A DNA stretch of 20,971 nucleotides from assembly GCA_026014495.1 (NCBI GenBank), contig JAOZIF010000133.1:1-20971 (forward strand), written 5' to 3'. The notes beneath the pieces were generated by a model, which was given only the letters and a program-made list of their open reading frames with translations, ran no database searches and was not told where the DNA came from. Shown one piece after another: positions 1-7,568 of this stretch; the stretch's first letter is position 1, and each line of letters starts with the position of its first letter. The translations under genes were made by a program, and so were the position numbers. This DNA comes from Candidatus Bathyarchaeum sp. GTDB taxonomy: Archaea; Thermoproteota; Bathyarchaeia; Bathyarchaeales; Bathyarchaeaceae.

Positions 1-1
1 T

Positions 2-808
2 GAACAAGTAAATACAATCAGAAGCATCACACGCGAGTTGATGGGCATGGGCATAATGGAGGAAACCCCAAATTCGCTCCTGATTCAATGTTCTATTGAC
101 ACAACAAAATTTCCCATAAACACTCTACTTAGAAGACTGTTCATAATCAGCTCCACAATGCACAGAGAAATGATAGACTCAATTTCAACTTTTGATATGG
201 AACTTGCAGGCGAATCAATACGCAGAGACAAAGAAGCATACACGATGTTTTGGGTAATAGTTCGTTTGTTAAACAGCCACCAAAGAGTTAGAAGCGGCGC
301 TAGTCAGTTGGACATAGACGGTCAATCCCTAATCACATGGTATCGCTTGATAGCTCAATATTTGCGACTTATCGCTGATTGGTCCCATCAAACCGCAGAG
401 AAAGTCATTGCCCTAAACCAATCCAAGGAAAGGGTTGGAGAAGAATTAATAAAAAAAATAATTGAAATTAATGAACGTGCCTACGGAATGTGCCACGAAG
501 CAATAAACAGCTTCTTCTCAATGGACATCCAACTAGCAAACAAAGCAATAGAAACATACCATGAAATTCAACGAACAGAAGAAATGCTACAAGAAAGAGT
601 GTGTAGTTCTGCATACTTGCATGGAAAAAATTTCTCGGTAAGCAAATACTTCAAGGGCAAAAAACCGATAGAAGCATGCGCCGTCGCTCAAATTAGCTTT
701 CTTATTTGGGGTGCACGAAGAATTGCAGAAATAGGAGCAGAAATTGCTGAAACAGCAATACATAGAGTTCTTTGTAAAGATACGAAAATGTGTAAAGCCG
801 TAAAATAA
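2..808 (+). CDS. PhoU-domain phosphate-uptake regulator (archaeal AbrB-PhoU type), 5'-truncated by the window edge
   Basis: The frame is open from base 2 (EQVNTIRSITRELMGMGIMEETPNSLLIQC...). Two helical PhoU-like repeats (LRRL..ISSTMHREM...D.ELA; YLRLIADWSHQTAE; RRIAEIGAEIAE) were recognised by eye. Confidence 0.7.
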   Translation, partial: EQVNTIRSITRELMGMGIMEETPNSLLIQCSIDTTKFPINTLLRRLFIISSTMHREMIDSISTFDMELAGESIRRDKEAYTMFWVIVRLLNSHQRVRSGASQLDIDGQSLITWYRLIAQYLRLIADWSHQTAEKVIALNQSKERVGEELIKKIIEINERAYGMCHEAINSFFSMDIQLANKAIETYHEIQRTEEMLQERVCSSAYLHGKNFSVSKYFKGKKPIEACAVAQISFLIWGARRIAEIGAEIAETAIHRVLCKDTKMCKAVK

Positions 809-827
809 TTGGCGTAAAACCTGTTCA

Positions 828-1406
828 TCATTTAAGGGGTCCGCGATAATAGCTCAAAGTTGGACATCCAACACATTTGTTGTTCTGAAAGGAAGGACAA
901 CAGTTACATTGGACACCACAGGGAGTAATGTCCTCGTTCTCCCGTAAGGCGCTCGCCTTTAAAGGTAAGAAGGGAGTGTGATGGACTTTGCCTATGAGAT
1001 AAAACTCGGATCTCCTGATGCCTTCACCGCTTCGTAACGCGCATCTTTCCATAGATTCACTCTCAAGAGTAGTTTGATTCTCCGCCATCACCAAAGCGAT
1101 TAGGTTGTAGCCACCCATTGTTGTAAAGACGTTAATGACTCTGGGACATTTGCTGTAGCGTTCAATAATTTTTCTCATTGCTTCTGCGTTTTCAATTTCA
1201 AGAAGAATCAACGCTAAGCATAGTTCTAATGCATCAGTGTTCACAAGTGCTGAAATGTTGATGATTCCTTTGTCAAGCAGTTTATCAACTCTTTTTTTTG
1301 CACCCAGACTTGTGAAACCAATCTTTTCGCCTAATTCCTTGAAGGTTTTTCTCCCATCTGATTGGAGCTGCATGATTAGTTTCCAGTCAATGTCATCTAG
1401 CGTCAA
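828..1406 (-). CDS. Lrp/AsnC-family transcriptional regulator with a C-terminal Cys-rich extension
   Basis: N-terminal LDDIDWKLIMQLQSDGRKTFKELGEKIG...KRVDKLLDKGII HTH. RAM-like domain (VFTTMGGYNLIALV). Tail CGVQCNCC...CVGCP. TTG start. Confidence 0.9.
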   Translation of the reverse strand: MTLDDIDWKLIMQLQSDGRKTFKELGEKIGFTSLGAKKRVDKLLDKGIINISALVNTDALELCLALILLEIENAEAMRKIIERYSKCPRVINVFTTMGGYNLIALVMAENQTTLESESMERCALRSGEGIRRSEFYLIGKVHHTPFLPLKASALRENEDITPCGVQCNCCPSFQNNKCVGCPTLSYYRGPLK

Positions 1407-1425
1407 TTTTAATCAGCTGTTATTT

Positions 1426-1446
1426 TAATAAACGAAATGTTTATTA
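1426..1446. promoter_or_regulatory. 8-bp inverted repeat forming back-to-back TATA-like boxes of the divergent lrp / mrp promoters (possibly also an operator)
   Basis: TAATAAAC-gaaat-GTTTATTA, so GTTTATTA reads outward on each strand. The minus-strand box lies ~26 nt upstream of the lrp start. Confidence 0.5.
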
Positions 1447-1501
1447 TATGTTGTGTTTTGTAAACAAGACAAGGTTCAAGAATTTAGTATGAGTGATTAA
1501 G

Positions 1502-2386
1502 ATGGAAAAACAAGCTGCTACTGAAAAAAGAATTGCAGAGTTCACTGAAAAAGACCAAAAACTCAAGAACAACATGAGTCGCATCAAACATAAAATTGCT
1601 GTAATCAGCGGAAAAGGCGGCGTAGGAAAAAGTATAGTGGCAGCGAATCTTGCAATGGCTTTTTCGTTGCACGGTTACAAGGACCGTGTTGGAATATTAG
1701 ATGTTGACATCCATGGTCCATGCATACCCAAATTGCTTGGTGCAAAAGGAAAAAAGTGTCAAATTACACCTTTAGGCGCTTTACCAGTAACCAGCCCTGA
1801 AGGAATAAAAGTGGTATCCATGGACTTTCTAGTACAAAGCCAAGAAACGCCCATAGTATGGCGTGGTCCACTAAAGATGCAAGTAATTAGGCAGTTCCTA
1901 TCAGACTTCATGTGGGGTGAACTTGATTTTCTCTTTATCGATGCCCCTCCAGGCACTGGCGATGAACCCCTAAGCGTCATGCAACTAATGCCAGAAATGG
2001 ACGGCACTATCATAGTTACAATACCCTCAGAAGTTTCTGAAGATGTCGTAAAGAAGGCGGTGACGTTCTCCAGACAAATGGGAATCCCAGTTATAGGCAT
2101 AGTAGAGAACATGAGTGGGTTTGTTTGCCCAAAATGTGGCGAAGCTATAAACATCCTAGGGGCTGGCGGTGGAAAACGAATATCTGAAGAATTAGGTGTT
2201 CCATTTCTGGGACAAATCCCGATGGATCAAAAAATCTGTGAAGAAGCAGACAAAGGCATATCATTCATAAAGGGACACGTTGACTCGCCTGCAGCTAAAG
2301 CGTTCACAGAGATTGTTAATAAAGTAGAAGCTTTTTTGGAGACAAAAAAAGCGGATCACAATTCAAACAAAAAAGAATCAAAATAA
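1502..2386 (+). CDS. mrp: Mrp/ApbC/NBP35-family Fe-S cluster carrier ATPase
   Basis: Walker A ISGKGGVGKS; DVDIHGP; WRGP; WGELDFLFIDAPPGTGD; ENMSGFVCPKC motif. ATG 1502 preferred; the ORF track starts at GTG 1493. Confidence 0.95.
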   Translation: MEKQAATEKRIAEFTEKDQKLKNNMSRIKHKIAVISGKGGVGKSIVAANLAMAFSLHGYKDRVGILDVDIHGPCIPKLLGAKGKKCQITPLGALPVTSPEGIKVVSMDFLVQSQETPIVWRGPLKMQVIRQFLSDFMWGELDFLFIDAPPGTGDEPLSVMQLMPEMDGTIIVTIPSEVSEDVVKKAVTFSRQMGIPVIGIVENMSGFVCPKCGEAINILGAGGGKRISEELGVPFLGQIPMDQKICEEADKGISFIKGHVDSPAAKAFTEIVNKVEAFLETKKADHNSNKKESK

Positions 2387-2408
2387 AACAGGAGGAAAAA
2401 TATCAAAA

Positions 2409-2795
2409 ATGAAAATATGTGTATCAGCCTCTTCAGGCAGTCTTGATGCAAATGTGGATTCAAGGTTCGGTAGATGTCCATACTTTGTCATAGTCGATTC
2501 AGAAACAATGGAGTTCAACGCCATTTCAAATGATTCTACGAATGCAGCACACGGAGCTGGAATTCAAGCCGCACAGACAGTAGTAAATATGGGCGCTAAT
2601 GTAGTTATAACAGGCAATGTTGGACCCAACGCATTTAATGTATTATCAGCATCAGGAATAAAGATCGTTATAGGCGCTTCGGGCAGTATTAACGAGGCGA
2701 TTGAGAAATTCAAGAGTGGCCAACTCAAAGAGGTAACCAATCCAACTGTTGGCGGTCATTTTGGCATGGGAAAAGGAATGGGTAGAGGACGATAA
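2409..2795 (+). CDS. NifB/NifX-family (FeMo-cofactor-binding fold) protein 1
   Basis: RFGRCPYFVIVD, HGAGIQAAQ and VITGNVGPNAF motifs. AGGAGG SD at ~2390-2395. Gly/Arg-rich tail. Confidence 0.9.
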   Translation: MKICVSASSGSLDANVDSRFGRCPYFVIVDSETMEFNAISNDSTNAAHGAGIQAAQTVVNMGANVVITGNVGPNAFNVLSASGIKIVIGASGSINEAIEKFKSGQLKEVTNPTVGGHFGMGKGMGRGR

Positions 2796-2820
2796 ATAGG
2801 TAAAAGGAGGTGTGCATGAA

Positions 2821-3195
2821 ATGAACGTAAGACTAGTTATTCCAGTTTCGGAAGAAAAAGGTGTTGACTCTCAGCTTTCACAGCATTTTGGAAGGGCTCC
2901 TTTCTATGCTATCATCGATTTAGATGATAAAGGGCAGGTTATCGGTCAAGGGACGATAGCTAACACAAGTGAACATTTCGGCGGTGTAGGTCTTCCACCT
3001 GACAGAATACTGCAATTAAGACCAAAAGCACTAGTTACATACGGGTTAGGCTCAAAAGCGTTAAAGATGTTCCAAGATGCGAGTGTTGCGGTATTGAGGA
3101 CTGAAGCAAACACTGTAAAAGAAGTCGTTAACGCATACAATAACAACGAACTGCAAGAACTAACACAAGGCTGCCATCATGCCCATCACCAATAA
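2821..3195 (+). CDS. NifB/NifX-family protein 2 with a His-rich C-terminus
   Basis: HFGRAPFYAIID motif; ends GCHHAHHQ. GGAGGTG SD lies 8 nt before ATG 2821 (track start 2812). Confidence 0.9.
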   Translation: MNVRLVIPVSEEKGVDSQLSQHFGRAPFYAIIDLDDKGQVIGQGTIANTSEHFGGVGLPPDRILQLRPKALVTYGLGSKALKMFQDASVAVLRTEANTVKEVVNAYNNNELQELTQGCHHAHHQ

Positions 3196-3243
3196 AAAAG
3201 TGGTTTAGCAAAATTGTGATTACTCAAAAGAAGAGGATAACAA

Positions 3244-4068
3244 TTGATTATAACGGTTGCCAGTGGAAAAGGCGGCACAGGAAAAACAACAGTTGCCGTC
3301 AACATGGCACTGTCCCTAGACAATGTGCAGTTGCTCGATTGTGATGTCGAGGAACCTAATTCCCATATTCTATTACAGCCTAAAATTGATGAAACAGAAC
3401 CAGTATATACCAAGTTTCCAGTGATTTCTGAGGAACTATGTGTTTACTGCGGAAAATGCTCCAAGTTCTGTGCGTACAATGCTCTGTTTGTGGCGCCAAA
3501 AACGGTTATGGTCTTTCCAGAACTATGTCACAGTTGCGGTGGCTGTACACTGGTCTGTCCCAAGAATGCAATAACTGAAAAAGAAAGACAAATAGGCGTT
3601 ATCAAAAAAGGAGAAGCGAATGGTGTTGAGATAATTTATGGCGAACTTAACGTCGGAGAAGCAATGGCTGTTCCTCTAATAAAGGCAGTTAAAAATCAAA
3701 TGAAAAGCGACAAAAATGTTGTGATAGATGCTCCACCCGGAACTGCTTGTTCTTTGGTTGCTTCAGTGCACAAAACTGACTACTGTATCCTTGTAACAGA
3801 GCCAACACCCTTTGGCTTGCACGATCTAAAGATAACGGTTCAGGTCTTAAGGAACCTTGGAGTTCCGATGGGTGTAGTGATAAACCGTGCAGGATTAGGC
3901 GACAACAAAGTCTACGAATACTGCGAAAAAGAAAACATACCACTTTTGTTGGAAATTCCTTTTGACAAGAAAATTGCAGAACTATATTCCCGTGGAGTTC
4001 CATTCGTGGCAGAGATGACTGAGTGGAAAAAGAAGTTTCTGAAAATGCGGGATAAAATAAAGAGTTGA
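3244..4068 (+). CDS. MinD-superfamily P-loop ATPase with inserted 2x[4Fe-4S] ferredoxin domain (COG1149-like), paralog A
   Basis: ASGKGGTGKTT; DCDVEEPN; CxxCxxCxxxC twice (CVYCGKCSKFC, CHSCGGCTLVCP); DAPPGTAC; TEPTPFGLHDL. Confidence 0.92.
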   Translation: MIITVASGKGGTGKTTVAVNMALSLDNVQLLDCDVEEPNSHILLQPKIDETEPVYTKFPVISEELCVYCGKCSKFCAYNALFVAPKTVMVFPELCHSCGGCTLVCPKNAITEKERQIGVIKKGEANGVEIIYGELNVGEAMAVPLIKAVKNQMKSDKNVVIDAPPGTACSLVASVHKTDYCILVTEPTPFGLHDLKITVQVLRNLGVPMGVVINRAGLGDNKVYEYCEKENIPLLLEIPFDKKIAELYSRGVPFVAEMTEWKKKFLKMRDKIKS

Positions 4069-4073
4069 GTATT

Positions 4074-4958
4074 ATGGTGAAAGAAATTACAGTGTTGAGT
4101 GGAAAAGGAGGAACAGGGAAAACAACTGTGACTGCTGCGCTTGCAGTATTAACCAAAAAAACTGTATTGACTGACTGTGACGTGGATGCACCCGACCTTC
4201 ATATGCTGCTAAAACCTGAAATTTTGGAGACACAGGAATTTAAAGCATCTAGAGTTGCTGTGATTAATCAAGATGCGTGCGTTCAATGTGGAAAATGTGA
4301 AGAACATTGCCGATTTGGTGCCATAACAAAACAGGTAGTTGATTCAATCCTGTGCGAGGGCTGCGGAGTATGTGTTTACATTTGTCCAGTAGCTGCAATA
4401 GAGCTTGAAAAACGAGTCTCGGGGTACGCGTTCATCTCAAAGACAAAATATGGTCCAATGTCTCATGCCCTATTGAATCCTGGAGAAGAAAACTCGGGTA
4501 AACTTGTGAGCTTAGTAAGGAAGAATGCTAAAATGGTTGCTGAAAAAGAAAACTGTGAGCTAATCATTAACGATGGACCGCCTGGAATTGGTTGCCCAGT
4601 GATAGCTTCTGTTGGCGGAGCCGATATAGGTCTAATAGTTGTGGAGCCAACATTGTCAGGCATCCATGACATGGAAAGAGCCTTAGGTTTGCTCAATCAC
4701 TTTAAGATACCTGCGCTTGTTTGTGTGAACAAATATGACATAAACGAAGAAAACACACAACGAATCGTCAACTTTTGTGCGTCCAATGGCGTGGAAGTTG
4801 TTGGAAAGATACCTTTTGATTCTATAGTTACAGAATCGATGGTTGCAGGAAAGCCCATTGTGGAATATGCATCAAAAAGCAAGGTCTCACAAGCCATTAA
4901 AGAACTGTGGGAACTTGCATTGGAAAAGATTCAGTTAACGGGGTTAGCTAAGGTCTAG
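4074..4958 (+). CDS. MinD-superfamily P-loop ATPase with inserted 2x[4Fe-4S] ferredoxin domain (COG1149-like), paralog B
   Basis: LSGKGGTGKTT; DCDVDAPD; CVQCGKCEEHC and CEGCGVCVYICP; DGPPGIGC; EPTLSGIHDM. ATG 4074 preferred (track start TTG 4065). Confidence 0.92.
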   Translation: MVKEITVLSGKGGTGKTTVTAALAVLTKKTVLTDCDVDAPDLHMLLKPEILETQEFKASRVAVINQDACVQCGKCEEHCRFGAITKQVVDSILCEGCGVCVYICPVAAIELEKRVSGYAFISKTKYGPMSHALLNPGEENSGKLVSLVRKNAKMVAEKENCELIINDGPPGIGCPVIASVGGADIGLIVVEPTLSGIHDMERALGLLNHFKIPALVCVNKYDINEENTQRIVNFCASNGVEVVGKIPFDSIVTESMVAGKPIVEYASKSKVSQAIKELWELALEKIQLTGLAKV

Positions 4959-5010
4959 ACTATAATCTAACTAACGACAAACTCCAGTATGGCTGCCACA
5001 GAATCTAACT

Positions 5011-5202
5011 TTAGTTTTGGGTTATTGTTGGAGAAAGAACTAGCTGTTCATTGGCTATGTTGACTTCTGCAATTGCATAATTGCTGAACTCTTTTAATTC
5101 ACCCATTATTCCTTTGACAACTACTTTGTTTCCAACTGTTTTTGCGTAAACTGCGTTTTCAAAAACTAATTTTTGGTCGATTACTACTTTGAGTTCACAC
5201 AT
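5011..5202 (-). CDS. CooT-family small nickel-binding protein
   Basis: 63 aa starting MCE (Cys2). The pattern ..G.VVV..IMGE.KE...AIAEV...E.LVL resembles the CooT family as I recall it. Confidence 0.7.
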   Translation of the reverse strand: MCELKVVIDQKLVFENAVYAKTVGNKVVVKGIMGELKEFSNYAIAEVNIANEQLVLSPTITQN

Positions 5203-5230
5203 TTTGTGTCTATATTAAAGTGTTAGTGTA

Positions 5231-5542
5231 TCAGCTTATATTGTTGGCGACGGTTAGGGGTCTTCCTTCGGTTAGGGCTTGGGCTACTTTTCTTCTTGCA
5301 CTTTTGACTAGTCTCCAGATGGTTCCTCTTGATACGCCCATTTTTGTGCCTGCTTGTTCTTGAGATAAGCCTTCAAGGTCGACTAGTCTTATTGCTTCCA
5401 GTTCTGCGTGTTCAATTGTGATAGTGTTTGCGGTTGTTGTTGGTTGTGGGATAAATTTTTGTGTTTTCACGGGGTTGGGTATGGTTACTTGTTTGGGGAG
5501 TCTTCCTCGTCTTCCTCTTCTGTGTCTTCGTCCGCATGACAT
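5231..5542 (-). CDS. DUF134-family HTH DNA-binding protein
   Basis: GR.PKQV...F.P and ELEAIRLVDLEGLSQEQAGTKMGVSRGTIWRLVKSARRKVAQAL.EGR.L are typical DUF134 motifs. Confidence 0.9.
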   Translation of the reverse strand: MSCGRRHRRGRRGRLPKQVTIPNPVKTQKFIPQPTTTANTITIEHAELEAIRLVDLEGLSQEQAGTKMGVSRGTIWRLVKSARRKVAQALTEGRPLTVANNIS

Positions 5543-5575
5543 TGTGATCAGTTATTGTGTATTTGTGGCGTAATA

Positions 5576-5627
5576 CTTATATATTTTTGTGCATTATCTA
5601 ATAATTGTAAATTGTGCATAAACACAA
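5576..5627. promoter_or_regulatory. Divergent DUF134 / DUF5320 promoter region with a shared TATA-like box and a candidate operator
   Basis: CTTATATATTT at ~5577-5587 reads TATA-like on both strands. Inverted repeat TTGTG-cataaa-CACAA at 5612-5627. TTGTGCAT is repeated at 5587 and 5612. Confidence 0.35.
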
Positions 5628-5645
5628 AATAGAGGTGAAAAATAC

Positions 5646-6023
5646 ATGCCAAAAGGAGATAAAACAGGACCAACGGGCGCAGGACCCATGACCGGAAGAG
5701 GGGCAGGATACTGTGCAGGTTACTCAGTTCCAGGATACATGAACCCCGTAGGCGGATATGGACGAATGTGGGGCAGAGGACGAGGAAGAGGTTTCGGACG
5801 AGGATGGCGTAGAGGACGATTCGCTTACCCAGCACCTGCAGTAGTTCAACAAGTTTACCAACCAGCATATCAACCAGTAGCACAACCGCAAGCTCCAGAA
5901 CAGGAGATTGCAGCATTAGAAAACTATCAAAAAAGTTTGGAATTAGAAAAATCAGACCTTGAACAAGAAATGGGCGGCGTCAAATCCAGAATCGAAGAAC
6001 TAAAAGCAAAACTCGAAAAATAA
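5646..6023 (+). CDS. DUF5320-family protein (RG-rich, C-terminal coiled coil)
   Basis: MP.GD.TGP.G.GPMTGRGAGYCAGY..PGY.NP signature; GRGRGRGFGRG; heptad-like C-terminus; GAGGTGA SD. Confidence 0.88.
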   Translation: MPKGDKTGPTGAGPMTGRGAGYCAGYSVPGYMNPVGGYGRMWGRGRGRGFGRGWRRGRFAYPAPAVVQQVYQPAYQPVAQPQAPEQEIAALENYQKSLELEKSDLEQEMGGVKSRIEELKAKLEK

Positions 6024-6086
6024 ACACCCAACAAAGAGGAACATGAACAATGTCCATTAGACAACCTTCAGGGGGAGGTGAATTCT

Positions 6087-6431
6087 TTGGTAAATCTAAG
6101 AATAGCAGTTGCAACAAATGGAAAAGATGGCGTAGAGGACATTGTATCAAACGTTTTTGGTAGAGCCAAAACGTTTACCATAATAGATGCTCAAAACGAA
6201 AAAGTAGCGAATGTAAGAATTTTAGAGAACACTGCAATAACATACCACCATGGAGCTGGACCAATAGCAGTTAAAACATTAGTTGATGAAGGCGTTAATG
6301 TTGTGCTTGCTAACGAATTGGGATATGGCGCAGCTGAATTGCTAAAGCAGCATAATGTAAAATTCATATCAGTTAAACCAGGCACGAATGTTAAGGACGC
6401 AACTAAAAAGGTCTTACATACACACAAGTAA
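6087..6431 (+). CDS. NifB/NifX-family protein 3
   Basis: RIAVAT.GKDG..D.VS.VFGRAKTFTIID; HHGAGPIAV; ELGYGA. TTG 6087 lies 5 nt after GGAGGTGA (the track starts at the GTG inside the SD, 6078). Confidence 0.88.
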   Translation: MVNLRIAVATNGKDGVEDIVSNVFGRAKTFTIIDAQNEKVANVRILENTAITYHHGAGPIAVKTLVDEGVNVVLANELGYGAAELLKQHNVKFISVKPGTNVKDATKKVLHTHK

Positions 6432-6471
6432 CGCCATGGTTCAAATCAGAAACAAAAAAGGGCATCATTGT

Positions 6472-7134
6472 TTACTGCAGTTTTTTCTGCCGCGAATCTG
6501 ATTCTCTCTTAACTCTTTTTGATGTCTTCCACGATTTTCTTACAAAATCAGGGTAGGAGCCAAACTTTCTGATCCAATCACCTAGAAACTTTATTGTTTT
6601 TGAATCGCTTGGGTAACCACAGCCAATATCACCGTGTTTTTTTTGCAGACTTGAAATAACCATATCACGTTCCACTTTTGCTATTATGGAAGCAGCAGAT
6701 ACAATAGGATATGTTAAGTCTGCCTTGTGTTCAGAAACAATTTTGAGCGAAAAATCGAGGTTCTCTGCGATGTGCTCTCCAAATCGTTCTGCACTAACAT
6801 CTGATGCATCAACATAGACCACATCGGGTTTAAGAATAGTTATCACTTTAGCCATTGCCTGAGCTTCGAAACGATTCAATCGATGAAGTCTCTTTCCAGT
6901 CTCAACAACATGATCAATCTCAGCAGGTGACAAAAACACGACATGACAATTTAGAGCCAACTCTTTTATCTGCTTGGCAAGTGTTTCGCGTTTCTGTGCA
7001 GATAGAAGCTTAGAGTCTTTCACGCCAAGGTCCACTAGCTTTGGCAAATCTTTCTCATCAAGTGAAACGCCGGCTACGACTAATGGACCAATAACGGGTC
7101 CTCGACCGGCTTCGTCAACTCCAGACATAATCAT
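6472..7134 (-). CDS. rnhB: Ribonuclease HII
   Basis: GVDEAGRGPVIGPLVV; GVKDSK.L; VDASDV; EHKAD..YPIVSAASIIAKVERD; GYPSD. Confidence 0.97.
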   Translation of the reverse strand: MIMSGVDEAGRGPVIGPLVVAGVSLDEKDLPKLVDLGVKDSKLLSAQKRETLAKQIKELALNCHVVFLSPAEIDHVVETGKRLHRLNRFEAQAMAKVITILKPDVVYVDASDVSAERFGEHIAENLDFSLKIVSEHKADLTYPIVSAASIIAKVERDMVISSLQKKHGDIGCGYPSDSKTIKFLGDWIRKFGSYPDFVRKSWKTSKRVKRESDSRQKKLQ

Positions 7135-7243
7135 GTTAAAAACCTTTGTTAAACGCTACATTGGCGTCAAATATTTCTTTATTGGCTTTGAGCTTTGATT
7201 TACTTAAAAATAGCACTTATCTATAGTCTTTTTGGGAGAACTT

Positions 7244-7567
7244 ATGTCATACAATATTGTGATTATGACAGCATCAAACAAAGAAGAAACCGTGAATATC
7301 GTTCGCACTCTGCTGGAAGAACGGTTAATTGCCTGTGCTAACATCGTGGAACATGTTTCTTCTTTTTTTTGGTGGCAAGGAAAAATAGAGCAAGAAACAG
7401 AGACAGTAGCAATCATGAAGTCCCATGAAAACCTCTTTGAAAAGCTCTCGAAAAGAGTGACGGAACTTCACAGCTACGATACTCCGGAGATTTTGGCGCT
7501 TCCTATAGTAAATGGCTCACCGGGTTACTTGGACTGGATGAAAGATTTACTTGAACCGGTGAAGTGA
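7244..7567 (+). CDS. cutA: Divalent-cation tolerance protein CutA
   Basis: LLEERLIACAN; WWQGKIE..E; HSYDTPEI.ALP. ATG 7244 preferred (track start TTG 7232). Confidence 0.95.
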   Translation: MSYNIVIMTASNKEETVNIVRTLLEERLIACANIVEHVSSFFWWQGKIEQETETVAIMKSHENLFEKLSKRVTELHSYDTPEILALPIVNGSPGYLDWMKDLLEPVK

Positions 7568-7568
7568 A

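Noticed and set aside
2409-6431. Nitrogen-fixation (nif) cluster
   Set aside because: Only NifX-fold proteins and MinD-type ATPases are present. There is no nifH, nifD, nifK, nifE, nifN or radical-SAM nifB in the window.
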